Shown here in pieces: positions 36,712 through 47,400 of a DNA stretch of 47,523 bases. The translations under genes and the position numbers were made by a program. Position 1 is the first letter of the stretch. Each line of letters begins with the position of its first letter. Origin of the DNA: Cyclobacteriaceae bacterium (GTDB lineage: Bacteria; Bacteroidota; Bacteroidia; Cytophagales; Cyclobacteriaceae); the NCBI GenBank assembly GCA_044339555.1, contig JBIIVI010000001.1, positions 1 through 47,523 of the forward strand, read 5' to 3'. The notes under the pieces are model-generated. The model ran no database searches and was not told the origin of the DNA. It saw nothing but the letters and a program-made list of their open reading frames with translations.

Positions 36712-37296
36712 ATGATACTCCGAACACTGCTTTTCGCAACATGTACTTTCGCGGCTTCAGCCGGATTCGCCCAAAAGGCTTGCTTTTCTGATTGCAGCAA
36801 ACTGTTTGCAAATTCCAAGACTATTGGCCATCCGGACTCCCTTTTACATGCTCTTGTGGGATGTCCAGCCCCCGAGATTCAGGCAGACGATTTGGAGGGT
36901 AATCGTGTGCACTCGAAAGACCTCAAACAGAAAGTAGTGGTAATCAACTTTTGGTTCGAAGCCTGTAAACCTTGCATAGCCGAAGTTGAAGGTCTTAATC
37001 GAATGGTGAATGAATTTCGCGATAAAGAGGTGGTTTTCCTTGCTTTTGGCCGGGATCAGCCAGCCGATATTCAAAAGTTTCTCACCAAGAAGTCCTTCAA
37101 CTATCAACACATTCCTTTCGCTGGCGATTGGGCAGATAAATTTTGTGTGGTAGCGGGCTGGCCAACGAATCTAATTATCGACAAGAACGGAAAGTTGGCG
37201 CTGATATTCAGTGGTGGTCGTACAGACGAAAAAGCGCCAGACGATGTTTACCATCGAATGGCGCCTGTAATTCGGAAGCTGCTAACTGAACGCTAG
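36712..37296 (+). CDS. TlpA-like thiol-disulfide reductase
   Basis: VINFWFEACKPC, GWPTNLIIDKNG. Confidence 0.9.
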   Translation: MILRTLLFATCTFAASAGFAQKACFSDCSKLFANSKTIGHPDSLLHALVGCPAPEIQADDLEGNRVHSKDLKQKVVVINFWFEACKPCIAEVEGLNRMVNEFRDKEVVFLAFGRDQPADIQKFLTKKSFNYQHIPFAGDWADKFCVVAGWPTNLIIDKNGKLALIFSGGRTDEKAPDDVYHRMAPVIRKLLTER

Positions 37297-38888
37297 CTTA
37301 CTTCTTCTTTTTTTGCCTCGGCCGGCTGCGCAAGCCCGAGATCAATCTCCTCACCATCCTTGTTGAGGAAATGGTACTCGGTAACGCCCAGCGAGGTGTC
37401 TTTCACGATCTGCACCCACCGCTTGAACTTTAAAAACCACTTCACGCGGTGCGAGAAAATTCCTTTGGTGTAGTAGGCATACAAAAATGGATGAACGGCC
37501 AGCACCAGGTTAACCTCGTTCTGCTTCACCAGCAGGTGTTGCAGGTGCGTATCAATTTGGTCGGTTACCAAAATGGAAGCGGTAATCGAGCCCGTGCCGT
37601 TGCATGCCGGGCACACTTCCTTGGTAACAATATTCATCTGCGGGCGTACGCGCTCGCGCGTGATCTGCATGAGTCCAAACTTCGACAACGGCAGCACCGT
37701 GTGCTTGGAGCGGTCGTTGTCGGCCATCACGTCTTTCATCGTTTTGTAGATCAGCTTTTTGTGATCCTGACTACGCATGTCGATGAAGTCAATAACAATA
37801 ATGCCGCCCATATCGCGCAAACGCAACTGGCGGGCAATTTCCTTGGCCGCTTCCAGGTTCACCGACATGGCTGTGGTTTCCTGGTTCTCTTCGCGGTTGG
37901 ATTTGTTGCCGCTGTTCACGTCAATTACGTGCAGGGCTTCGGTATGCTCAATGATCAGATAACCACCGCCGCGTAAGCTCACGGTTTGCCCAAAGGCGGA
38001 TTTGATCTGCTTTTCGATGCCGAAGTGTTCAAAGATTTTCGCTTTGCCCGTGAAGAGTTTTACAATTTTCTCTTTGTCGGGGGCGATGGTCTTCACGTAG
38101 GTTTTCACCTCTTCGAACATCTTTTTGTCGTCAATCTGCACGTTGTCGAACGATTCGTTCAACAGGTCGCGCAGAATGGAGTTGGTCTTGCTTAACTCTC
38201 CGATGATTTTTTCGCGGGGCTGGCCGACCACCATGCGCGCGATGCCGTCTTCCCAGTTTTTCACCAGGTTGCGCAGGTCGCGGTCGAGTTCAGCCGTGTC
38301 TTTGCCTTCAGCCACGGTGCGGATGATGACTCCGAACCCTTCGGGCTTAATGGATTGAATAATGCGCTGGAGGCGTTTGCGCTCCTCGCTGCTGGCAATG
38401 CGTTTGGAAATGCTTACCGATGTAGAAAAGGGCACCAATACCAGATAGCGTCCTGCTATCGATAACTCACACGTTAGTCGCGGGCCTTTGGTAGAAATGG
38501 GTTCTTTAACGATCTGTACCGGAATGAGCTGACCCTTTACAAGCTGCTGGCCGATTTTGCCATGCTTATCGATGTCTTTCTCGAGTTGGAATTTATCCAA
38601 CTTTCCTCCGGTGAGGCGTTTACCCTTAACAAGTTTGGTGAATTTTTGAAGGCTGCCGAACTGCGGACCCAAGTCGAGGTAATGCAGAAAAGCATCTTTC
38701 TCGTACCCGATGTCAATAAACGCTGCGTTCAATCCCTGAACTACCTTTTTTACGGTACCCAGGTACACTTCGCCCACCATAAACCTGCTGTTTTCCGACT
38801 CTTCGTGGAACTCAACAAGTTGCTTGTCTTTTAATAAGGCTATACGACATCCGTTTTGAGTGGCGCTGATGATTAGTTCATTGCTCAA
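37293..38888 (-). CDS. Rne/Rng family ribonuclease
   Basis: S1 domain AAFIDIG, KGPRLT, IDVNSG, LRLRDMGGIIVIDFID, CPACNG. Confidence 0.95.
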   Translation of the reverse strand: MSNELIISATQNGCRIALLKDKQLVEFHEESENSRFMVGEVYLGTVKKVVQGLNAAFIDIGYEKDAFLHYLDLGPQFGSLQKFTKLVKGKRLTGGKLDKFQLEKDIDKHGKIGQQLVKGQLIPVQIVKEPISTKGPRLTCELSIAGRYLVLVPFSTSVSISKRIASSEERKRLQRIIQSIKPEGFGVIIRTVAEGKDTAELDRDLRNLVKNWEDGIARMVVGQPREKIIGELSKTNSILRDLLNESFDNVQIDDKKMFEEVKTYVKTIAPDKEKIVKLFTGKAKIFEHFGIEKQIKSAFGQTVSLRGGGYLIIEHTEALHVIDVNSGNKSNREENQETTAMSVNLEAAKEIARQLRLRDMGGIIVIDFIDMRSQDHKKLIYKTMKDVMADNDRSKHTVLPLSKFGLMQITRERVRPQMNIVTKEVCPACNGTGSITASILVTDQIDTHLQHLLVKQNEVNLVLAVHPFLYAYYTKGIFSHRVKWFLKFKRWVQIVKDTSLGVTEYHFLNKDGEEIDLGLAQPAEAKKEEVS

Positions 38889-38952
38889 AACTCAAGTTTT
38901 GGATGTTTAGAAAATTAATTTGCGGGCGGAGGAACCTCGTTCCTCCGGTTTT

Positions 38953-39042
38953 TTACTTCTTTTTGTGGCGATTCTTTCTCAAGCGCTTTTTACGCTTGTG
39001 GGTCGCCATTTTGTGTTTCTTTCGTTTTTTACCACTCGGCAT
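38953..39042 (-). CDS. Small ribosomal protein bS22 (AURKAIP1/COX24-like), 29 aa
   Basis: MPSGKKRKKHKMATHKRKKRLRKNRHKKK*, below the ORF-track cutoff. Confidence 0.88.
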   Translation of the reverse strand: MPSGKKRKKHKMATHKRKKRLRKNRHKKK

Positions 39043-39078
39043 AATACCTTTTTATTTAATGTGCCGCTTGCGCGGAAT

Positions 39079-39894
39079 TTATTTACGGTTTGCTTCTTCC
39101 AGATAGCTATCCACCGTGGCTTGCACGGATGGGTCGCTGTCTTGCGCCTTTACTTTTTCAAACTCTTGCTTGGCGCGTGCTTTATCGCCACTCTTTAAAT
39201 AGGCCACCCCCAGCAAAAGCCGCCCTTGGGTGCTTTCAGGGTTCAGTTCTAATAGCCGGGAGAGGTGTTCGGTGGCCCGTTGGTACTGGCCGGATTGTAC
39301 GGACAACATGCCCAGGTTAAAAAGTGCCAACTCGTTTTTGGGATCGTCTTCCAGAACTTGCCGCAGCATCATGATTCCTTGCATGGGAGAATCGGAGCTG
39401 AGGTACGTCATCGCGATTTTATTGCGCGACTCAAAATCTTTGGGATCGGTAGCAGTCACCTTTTCGAGGTATTCGCGGGTTTTCGCTGCCAACGCCGTTT
39501 GTTTGGCAGGTTCCATCGCAAATGTGTACGCTTCGTAATAGCGGTTTCCGGCTACGCGGTACGCATCAGTAGTTTGTAAGAACGTGGCGGCTTGCTCGGC
39601 AAACCATGCTGCGCTATCAAATTTGCCGATTTCGGCATACAGATTTTGCAACGAGTCGGCAAAGATAGAACTTTTTTCATTTTGGGAAGATTGGCCCAAC
39701 TGGGCGCGCAATCTTCCAATGGTGGCCGCCACTGCGGCGGGTACGGCTTGGTGGCCGGCGGGCATTAATTGCAAGGAGGCAGAATCTGCAGCCGTAAGCT
39801 GGCTATCGTTCTCTACTACTACCTTGGGTAGCAAAAACAAGAGCGAAATCAGCCCTGCGGCTACAACAACCAGAAGAATTCGGATTTTAAGCAT
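39079..39894 (-). CDS. TPR-repeat protein
   Basis: N-terminal anchor; TPR helices (ALFNLGMLSVQSGQYQRA…). Confidence 0.85.
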   Translation of the reverse strand: MLKIRILLVVVAAGLISLLFLLPKVVVENDSQLTAADSASLQLMPAGHQAVPAAVAATIGRLRAQLGQSSQNEKSSIFADSLQNLYAEIGKFDSAAWFAEQAATFLQTTDAYRVAGNRYYEAYTFAMEPAKQTALAAKTREYLEKVTATDPKDFESRNKIAMTYLSSDSPMQGIMMLRQVLEDDPKNELALFNLGMLSVQSGQYQRATEHLSRLLELNPESTQGRLLLGVAYLKSGDKARAKQEFEKVKAQDSDPSVQATVDSYLEEANRK

Positions 39895-39921
39895 CTTTAG
39901 CTAACGCCGGGCCGAGCGTTA

Positions 39922-40254
39922 TTAATCTACGTCCATGTCCTCAGCGGCAGCTTTGTCGGCCAATTCCTTCACCTTTTCGCTGTTTTTGATTTTGTTGATG
40001 AAAATCTTGGCCGGCTTAAAGCTGGGAATGTAGTGCTCGTCAATTACGATGGCGGTGTTACGCGAAATATTTCGTGCGATCTTCTTTTTGCGCTTCTTAT
40101 TAATAAAGCTGCCAAAGCCCCGCACATAAATATTGTGGCCGCCAGCCATATTATTTTTTACAATGGAGAAGAACGCTTCTACAGACGCGGTTACATCGGC
40201 TTTATCGATGCCGGTTTTATCCGCAATTTGATTGATTACATCAGCCTTCGTCAC
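39922..40254 (-). CDS. HU/IHF family DNA-binding protein
   Basis: MTKADVI, VRGFGSF, ARNI, PSFKP. Confidence 0.95.
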   Translation of the reverse strand: MTKADVINQIADKTGIDKADVTASVEAFFSIVKNNMAGGHNIYVRGFGSFINKKRKKKIARNISRNTAIVIDEHYIPSFKPAKIFINKIKNSEKVKELADKAAAEDMDVD

Positions 40255-40390
40255 AGGTGCGTGGGTTACAGGTAAATAAAATTCAGGGCGGCAAAGTTAG
40301 AAGTGCAATTCACAAACGCAAAATGAATTTGCTGATTATCACTTAGATGGGCTTTAATTACGCTAAATCGTAGAAAGCAAAGGAAAGCCC

Positions 40391-41503
40391 TTGTTTTCCT
40401 TTCAATTCAGAAATCATTTGCTCAGTTTCGCGCGCGTGGTGGCCCTGCAACATTTGGATTTCGCCCGTAAACTCATCGGCTGGTACGAACACCACCAACG
40501 GCAGTTGCCTTGGCGCACAACTACCGATCCCTACAGAATCTGGCTCTCCGAAATCATTCTGCAACAAACCCGGGTAGCTCAGGGCCTTCCGTATTATGAA
40601 CGATTTGTAGAAGCCTTTCCGACCGTGCAAGCCTTGGCTGCTGCTCCGCTTCCTTCCGTGCTACGCCTCTGGCAGGGATTGGGCTATTACAGCCGCGCGC
40701 GCAACCTTCATAAATGTGCACAGGAAATTGTAACAAAGCATGGAGGGAACTTTCCGCGCCAGTTTCAGGAATTAAAAACCCTTCCGGGGATTGGCCCCTA
40801 CACCGCTGCGGCCATCGCTTCGTTGGCGTTTAAGGAACCGGTGGCCGTGGTGGACGGAAATGTTTTTCGGGTGCTGGCACGCGTTTTTGGATTGGACCAG
40901 GACACCGCAAGTCCTGCGGGGCGCGATTTCTTTTTTCAGCAGGCCAATCAATTGCTCGACCAGCAGCGGCCTGATTTATTCAATCAGGCGTTGATGGAGT
41001 TTGGTGCCTTGCATTGCACACCCCAACAACCGCGGTGCAACGAGTGCATTTTTGAACAGCATTGCTTTGCGCGACTGAACAGCCTGCAACAAGCACTGCC
41101 GGTGAAACTCAAAAAGCAAAAAGTCCGCACCCGGCACCTACATTACGTGGTACTGGTCTGGAATAACAAACTGCTGCTGCGCACCCGAACCGAACGAGAT
41201 ATCTGGCAAGGGCTAAATGATTTTTGGTTGGCAGAAACGCCGCGCGCCAAAACCTGGCAACGCTTGCAAGAAGACCTGGCGCCATTACCGGCCGAAGTTC
41301 GCAAGGCAACGGCTCCGCATGTTGAAAAAGTGCGGCATGTGCTATCGCATCAGGTGTTGCATGTACGGTTTTACCGTTTTGATTTAAAGAAGGAGTGGAA
41401 GAAACCGCCACCGGGTTTTCGTTGGTATACAGCGCGGCAAGTGGATCAGTTGCCGAAACCCATCGTCATTACCCGGTACCTGGAAGCGATTGGTTACCTG
41501 TAG
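40391..41503 (+). CDS. mutY: A/G-specific adenine glycosylase (true start may be TTG 40454)
   Basis: LPWR, SEIILQQT, GLGYYSRARN, VDGNV, Cx6Cx2Cx5C. Confidence 0.95.
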   Translation: MFSFQFRNHLLSFARVVALQHLDFARKLIGWYEHHQRQLPWRTTTDPYRIWLSEIILQQTRVAQGLPYYERFVEAFPTVQALAAAPLPSVLRLWQGLGYYSRARNLHKCAQEIVTKHGGNFPRQFQELKTLPGIGPYTAAAIASLAFKEPVAVVDGNVFRVLARVFGLDQDTASPAGRDFFFQQANQLLDQQRPDLFNQALMEFGALHCTPQQPRCNECIFEQHCFARLNSLQQALPVKLKKQKVRTRHLHYVVLVWNNKLLLRTRTERDIWQGLNDFWLAETPRAKTWQRLQEDLAPLPAEVRKATAPHVEKVRHVLSHQVLHVRFYRFDLKKEWKKPPPGFRWYTARQVDQLPKPIVITRYLEAIGYL

Positions 41504-41587
41504 CCCGCACCATAGCTGTTAATTTCTATTTTTGCACAAATCCCGCGACAGCGGAAACCAACCCGAAAAAATTAAAGTAACACGAAT

Positions 41588-42028
41588 ATGTCTGGAGTAA
41601 ACAAAGTGATTTTAGTGGGCCGCCTCGGCAAAGATCCCGAAGTGCGTAATCTGGAAAGTGGCGCCACAGTAGCGAATTTTACGATCGCCACCAGCGAGAC
41701 TTATAAAGACAAGAACACTGGCGAACGCAAGGAAATTACCGAGTGGCACAACATTGTGTTATGGCGCGGCCTGGCCGATGTGGCTGCCAAGTATTTGCAT
41801 AAGGGCGACATGGTGTACATCGAGGGTAAACTGCGCACCCGCTCGTGGGAGAAAGAAGGCGTTACTCGTTACACCACTGAAGTCGTGGGCGACAACATGA
41901 CCATGCTCTCAACGCGCGGCTCGGGTTCTTCTGGCAATAGCGAATACAAGCCATCCGCTCCGCAATACAACACACCGACCGAGGATTTTAAAGTGCCCGA
42001 TAACGCTACGGATGATCTGCCGTTTTAA
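41588..42028 (+). CDS. ssb: Single-stranded DNA-binding protein
   Basis: [16 protein letters not shown]-terminal DDLPF. Confidence 0.97.
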   Translation: MSGVNKVILVGRLGKDPEVRNLESGATVANFTIATSETYKDKNTGERKEITEWHNIVLWRGLADVAAKYLHKGDMVYIEGKLRTRSWEKEGVTRYTTEVVGDNMTMLSTRGSGSSGNSEYKPSAPQYNTPTEDFKVPDNATDDLPF

Positions 42029-42614
42029 GTTAGCCAGCAGCAGGTGGGCGTTGCTAAGCTGCGTAACCCTGCTGCTGTTTTCCTGTACGCCTGATTTTCA
42101 ACCGAAGCCGAAAGGCTACAATCGGCTGTTACTGCCCGAGCCGGCTTATGTAATGAGTCCGGATACGTTACCCTATTTGTTTGAGTATTCGGTCCATGCG
42201 CGCTTGCTAAAAGACACAACCACCATCAGCGATCGCTATTGGGTGGAGGTGTACTATCCCACACTCAAAGCCACCATTCACATTACCTACAAGGCAGTAA
42301 AAAACAAAGACGAGTTGCTGAAAGCATTTTATAACGATGCATTTCGGCTCACGGCCAAGCATCAGATCAAAGCCAATGCGATAGATGAAACCATTGTAAA
42401 AACACCGTTAGGAAAAACAGCCGTCATTGCAGAAATCGAAGGAGAAGTGCCTAGCCAGTTTCAGTTTACAGTAACCGATTCAACTCACCATTTTATGCGC
42501 GGTGCGGTTTATTTTTTCTCGGAAGTGAAGAACGATTCGCTACGACCCGCCATCGACTATATGAAAAAAGAAGCCATGCACTTAATCAACACGCTGGAGT
42601 GGCGCGCCCAATAA
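42012..42614 (+). CDS. gldD: Gliding motility lipoprotein GldD (start uncertain)
   Basis: Lipobox [32 protein letters not shown]. Confidence 0.88.
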   Translation: MICRFKLASSRWALLSCVTLLLFSCTPDFQPKPKGYNRLLLPEPAYVMSPDTLPYLFEYSVHARLLKDTTTISDRYWVEVYYPTLKATIHITYKAVKNKDELLKAFYNDAFRLTAKHQIKANAIDETIVKTPLGKTAVIAEIEGEVPSQFQFTVTDSTHHFMRGAVYFFSEVKNDSLRPAIDYMKKEAMHLINTLEWRAQ

Positions 42615-42637
42615 CCCAAACATAAAAGCGTGGGGAA

Positions 42638-44737
42638 ATGGCCGGGGCTGCTTTTTTCGAAACATCTATTGAATACCTGAAAGGGGTAGGCCCGCAACGT
42701 GCAGCCCTGCTACAAAAGGAACTGCATATTTTTACCTACGGTGATCTCATCCAACACTACCCGTTTCGTCACGAAGACCGTACCCGGTTTTACCGAGCTG
42801 CCGAGATAACCGAAGATTTGCCCACGGTGCAGTTGCGCGGAAAGATTCTGCGCATGGAAATGGTGGGTACGGGCTATAAGAAGCGCTTGGTGGGTTACTT
42901 TTCGGATGGCACCAATGAGATTGAGCTAGTCTGGTTTCAAGGCATCAGCTGGGTGCTGGGCAAAATCAAGACCGGTGTTGAGTACGTAGTGTTTGGTAAA
43001 CCCGCGCGTTTTGGAAACACGTTTTCGATCGCGCACCCAGAAATTGAGGCGGTTACGGAGCGCTCCGAAAAAATCAGTTACCTGCAACCGGTGTACCCGC
43101 TCACCGACAAACTGCGAAACAAACATCTCGACAACCGCGTGTTGGTAAAGTTGCAGCAGCAATTGTTGCACTTGGCGCACACGTACATCCGCGAAACGTT
43201 ACCTGCCAGCATGCTTACCGCTCATAAGCTGATTGGCAAACGGGAAGCAATGATTCAGATCCACTTCCCCAAAGACGTTGCGCAGTTGGCCGCAGCCCAG
43301 CAGCGATTAAAGTTTGAGGAGCTTTTCTACATCCAGTTGCGGCTGCTCAAGCTCAAATTGGTGCGCCAGGGAAAATTCAAAGGGCAGGTGTTCAACGATG
43401 CGTCCATTGTCACCGAGTTCTACAACAAGCATTTGCCGTTTCCACTTACCGACGCACAAAAACGCGTGATCCGTGAGATCTATGCCGACCTGAAATCAGG
43501 CAAGCAGATGAATCGACTGCTGCAAGGCGATGTAGGGTCCGGCAAAACCATTGTGGCGTTTATCTGCATGTTGCTGGTAATTGGCGGAGGAGCACAAGCC
43601 GCATTAATGGCGCCAACTGAAATTCTGGCGCAGCAGCACTACGTAAATCTAAAACGCTTTGCGGACTTGGTGGGGGTGCCGATTGCGTTGCTTACCGGCT
43701 CCGTTAAGAAAAGTGAACGCAAACCGCTGCATGCGCAGCTCCAAAACGGAACGTTAAAAATTCTCGTGGGCACCCACGCGTTGCTGGAAGAAGAAGTAAA
43801 ATTCCACCGCTTGGGGCTGGCAGTGATTGACGAGCAGCATCGCTTTGGCGTGGCCCAGCGCTCGAAGCTGTGGCAAAAGAATGAAAACGTTTATCCGCAT
43901 GTGTTGGTCATGACGGCCACACCTATTCCGCGCACGTTGGCCATGACGTTGTATGGCGACCTCGATATTTCCGTAATTGATGAGTTGCCGAAGGGGCGCA
44001 AGCCGATTGTTACGCAGCATCGGTTTGATTCGCACCGTTTGCAAGTAAATCCGTTCTTGCGCACCCAGATCGCGGCCGGGCGTCAGGTGTATGTGGTTTA
44101 CCCGCTTATTGAGGAATCGGAGAAAGTTGATCTGAAGCATTTGATGGATGGCTACGAAAGCATGGTGCGTGCCTTTCCGGATGTAGCCCTCAGTATTGTG
44201 CACGGAAAAATGAAACCCGAAGCAAAGGAGTTTGAAATGGCGCGGTTTGTCAAAGGCGAAACCAAGATCATGGTGGCCACTACGGTAATTGAAGTGGGCG
44301 TGGATGTGCCGAATGCGTCCGTGATGGTGATTGAAAATGCCGAGCGTTTCGGCCTCTCGCAGTTGCACCAGTTACGCGGCCGCGTGGGGCGCGGAGCGGA
44401 GCAGTCGTATTGCCTGCTGCTGACGGACTTCAAACTCTCCGCAGACAGCCGCCAGCGCATCGATACGATGGTACGCACCAATAATGGGTTTGAAATTGCT
44501 GAAACCGACCTGAAACTGCGCGGCCCCGGCGATTTGATGGGCACCCAACAGAGTGGTGCGCTCGACCTTTTGATTGCAGACCTCAGCAAGGACGGCCCCG
44601 TATTGGAACAAGCCCGCGAAGCGGCCCGGAACATTCTCCAAACAGACCCCGAGTTGGCGAGCCCTGCCCACCAGGTCATCCGCGAGCAGGTAGATTCGAT
44701 GCGAAAAACAGTGGTTAATTGGAGCCGGATTAGCTGA
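42638..44737 (+). CDS. recG: ATP-dependent DNA helicase RecG
   Basis: QGDVGSGKT, DEQHRFG, TATPIPRT, LHQLRGRVGRG, DLKLRGPG. Confidence 0.97.
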   Translation: MAGAAFFETSIEYLKGVGPQRAALLQKELHIFTYGDLIQHYPFRHEDRTRFYRAAEITEDLPTVQLRGKILRMEMVGTGYKKRLVGYFSDGTNEIELVWFQGISWVLGKIKTGVEYVVFGKPARFGNTFSIAHPEIEAVTERSEKISYLQPVYPLTDKLRNKHLDNRVLVKLQQQLLHLAHTYIRETLPASMLTAHKLIGKREAMIQIHFPKDVAQLAAAQQRLKFEELFYIQLRLLKLKLVRQGKFKGQVFNDASIVTEFYNKHLPFPLTDAQKRVIREIYADLKSGKQMNRLLQGDVGSGKTIVAFICMLLVIGGGAQAALMAPTEILAQQHYVNLKRFADLVGVPIALLTGSVKKSERKPLHAQLQNGTLKILVGTHALLEEEVKFHRLGLAVIDEQHRFGVAQRSKLWQKNENVYPHVLVMTATPIPRTLAMTLYGDLDISVIDELPKGRKPIVTQHRFDSHRLQVNPFLRTQIAAGRQVYVVYPLIEESEKVDLKHLMDGYESMVRAFPDVALSIVHGKMKPEAKEFEMARFVKGETKIMVATTVIEVGVDVPNASVMVIENAERFGLSQLHQLRGRVGRGAEQSYCLLLTDFKLSADSRQRIDTMVRTNNGFEIAETDLKLRGPGDLMGTQQSGALDLLIADLSKDGPVLEQAREAARNILQTDPELASPAHQVIREQVDSMRKTVVNWSRIS

Positions 44738-44864
44738 AAAGCCGGGTTTTGGGGCTTTTGGAGGCGCAACAACTTACCAGAGCGGGTGTTTTGGTATGTA
44801 TCGCCATGTATGTTTTTTCGCGGATTCGTAAAAAACCATACTTTTATATGTTAAACCGACACCT

Positions 44865-45605
44865 ATGAGGCAAATTCTATTGCTTTTTTTAGTGCTGGCC
44901 ACTTTTTCGATGCAGGCACAATCCGTGGCCATCAAAAAAATTGAAGTGGCTGGCGATGAGATTGTAGTCTATTACGATCTGGATGATAGCAACCCGGCCA
45001 ATGAATATCAGTTAAGCCTGTATGCTTCCCGCGATAACTATTCTTCCGCCCTCACCAAAGTAACGGGCGACATCGGGAACGAAGTAAAACCGGGCACGGA
45101 TAAAAAAGTGCGGTGGAACGCGCGCGAAGAGCTCGGCAATTATAAAGGCCGCCTGGCGCTCGAAATCCGGGGCAAGGTGTATCTGCCATTTGTGAAGTTG
45201 CAGGGATTTGATGCGGATAAATCCTATAAACGTGGTAAAAGCTATAACCTGAATTGGAAGTCCGGCAATACCAATCCCATTCACATCGAGGTGTATAAAG
45301 GCGGCCAGCGGATTGCCGGGGAGATGAATCAGCCCAACAATGGCAACCATACGTTTTATCTGCCCGCGGGAGTTAAGCCTGGCTCGGATTATCGCATCAA
45401 AATTTCGGACGCAAAACAGTCGGACGAAGTGCTGTTCACGCCCACCTTTAAGGTGAAGCCAAAAATTCCATTTTTACTTAAGATACTGCCGGTGGCCGCC
45501 TTGGCGGGCGGTCTTGTCTTCCTTGCTGGTGGCGAAGGTGGCGGTGGTGGGCCGGTTGCGCCGCCGGCTAATGAGATTCCAGACCCTGATTTCCCAAGAA
45601 ACTAA
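44865..45605 (+). CDS. Exported Ig-like (Kre9/Knh1-like) domain protein with C-terminal hydrophobic segment
   Basis: Signal peptide; YNLNW…NNG…GSDYRIKI…FKV pattern. Confidence 0.6.
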   Translation: MRQILLLFLVLATFSMQAQSVAIKKIEVAGDEIVVYYDLDDSNPANEYQLSLYASRDNYSSALTKVTGDIGNEVKPGTDKKVRWNAREELGNYKGRLALEIRGKVYLPFVKLQGFDADKSYKRGKSYNLNWKSGNTNPIHIEVYKGGQRIAGEMNQPNNGNHTFYLPAGVKPGSDYRIKISDAKQSDEVLFTPTFKVKPKIPFLLKILPVAALAGGLVFLAGGEGGGGGPVAPPANEIPDPDFPRN

Positions 45606-45645
45606 TTCAACTTCAGAAAAGATTTTTGAGCGAACTTTTAGGTAT

Positions 45646-47400
45646 ATGATGAAAAGGATTTTTGTTGGTGTTTTGAGCTTGATGATTTCTGTTTGCCTCC
45701 AGGCGCAGACCGTGACGATGACCCGCAAGGGTGCGCCTTCCGGTGGCAATGTTGTTGATATTGAAGTACACCCGACGGGAACTGTTTATGCCATTCTTTC
45801 TGGTAACGGCCTGTTTCGATCTACTGATAGTGGCAATACGTGGTCGAAAGTAACGGTAACGAGTACAGTTAGTATCAATAATGGATTTTTTGATGTTGAG
45901 ATCGATCCGGCAGGTGCCATCTACCTTGTAACAAGCTTGACAGGTAGCTCTGCGGTTGTTTTTTTGTCTACCGACAACGGTGTTACCTGGACGCAACGTA
46001 CCGGAACCAATCCGTTTGGGGATTTCAATTACAGTCCGCGCCTCATCGAGCGATCCGGCACGGCTACCAATTCTCCCATTTTTATCGTCACGGGATTTAA
46101 CAGTTTCCTTGGTAAACAGTCGGTGTTTCGCTCGATTGACAACGCCGCAACCTGGAGCGAAGTGTACTCCGAGGCTTCATTTTCAAATGAGATAACTGGT
46201 ATTACCTCGTCCGGCAACAATGTGGTGCTGTTGGTGAACAACAAAGGGGTTGTTCGTAGTTCTACAGGTCTTTCAGGTTCGTTTGCGGTTTCGAATTCAA
46301 GTGTTACATCCCTCGCGAGTTTGTTTTTTCATCGCGGTTCGTTGGCCTTTGCCGGATCGCCCGCCCGCTTGTTTGTAAATGCCGGCTCAAGTGGCTTAGC
46401 GGAAAGCACCGACATAGGACAGACCTGGACGGTGACACCATCGTTGCCCGGGACCTTTTCTACGGGCAGCGGCAGTTTCATTCAAATGTCAGGTTATGGG
46501 TCAACTCTGCAGGTATATAATAATTTGGGCACAACTCCGCAACTGTTTACCCTTACCGTTCCGGCTGCCGGTGCGGTTACCTGGAACGATGTAACCAGCA
46601 CAGCTGCACGTAATTCTTTCACACGGTTTTATGCTCGGTCGGCTACAGAGTTTTATTTGGGCGAGACGATAGGACTCAATCGTTCTACTAACGGTGCGGC
46701 ATGGACTCTCTCGGTAACGGGTATAGAGGCGGTACAATTTTCCAACTTTTATTTGAACGCGCCCGTATTGCGGCCATCAGCCACGGGATTTGTAACCGGA
46801 ACAAATCCCCAATATTCAGCCGGTACCGATGGGGTAACTTGGACGCGCACGGGCAGTAGCGGTTTAATTGGAACGCCCCGCGGATTTGTTCAGATGCCTA
46901 GCGGAAACTGGTTAGCCATAGCAGATCAGACTACTGTGTCGCCAAACGTTACGAATTTGTACGTGTCGACCGATCAGGGGGCAACCTGGACACCGCGGGT
47001 ACTCGCTACGGGGGAAGGGTTTCTGAACAACATTGCCAGTGACGGAACCACGATTTATGCAAACACCAATACAAGCCGCGTCTTTTCATCGACAGACGAA
47101 GGTGTTTCCTGGCAGCAACTTGCGATTACCGGGCTACCAGGAACCTTCAATTTCAATAGCTCGAATCTTTCCTTTTTTGTCATGGATAATACGCTCTATA
47201 TGGGCGGATTTGATGGAACCGCGCGTTATTATCGAGTCAATCTTTCAACCTTTGTAGCAACCCAAATCACCCCGCCGCCGTCTGCCGTTACATTAGAGCA
47301 AGGAGGCTTACGCGGATTTGGCGGCAAACTTTACATGACGAGCCGGAGTAGCTCAATAGCGCAATTGTCAGTGTCGTCCAACAATGGCGTATCATGGTGA
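45646..47400 (+). pseudogene. Secreted Asp-box/BNR beta-propeller protein, apparently truncated by an IS insertion
   Basis: Repeated S-x-D-x-G-x-T-W boxes; ends abruptly at SSNNGVSW with the stop supplied by the IS-like end. Confidence 0.65.
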
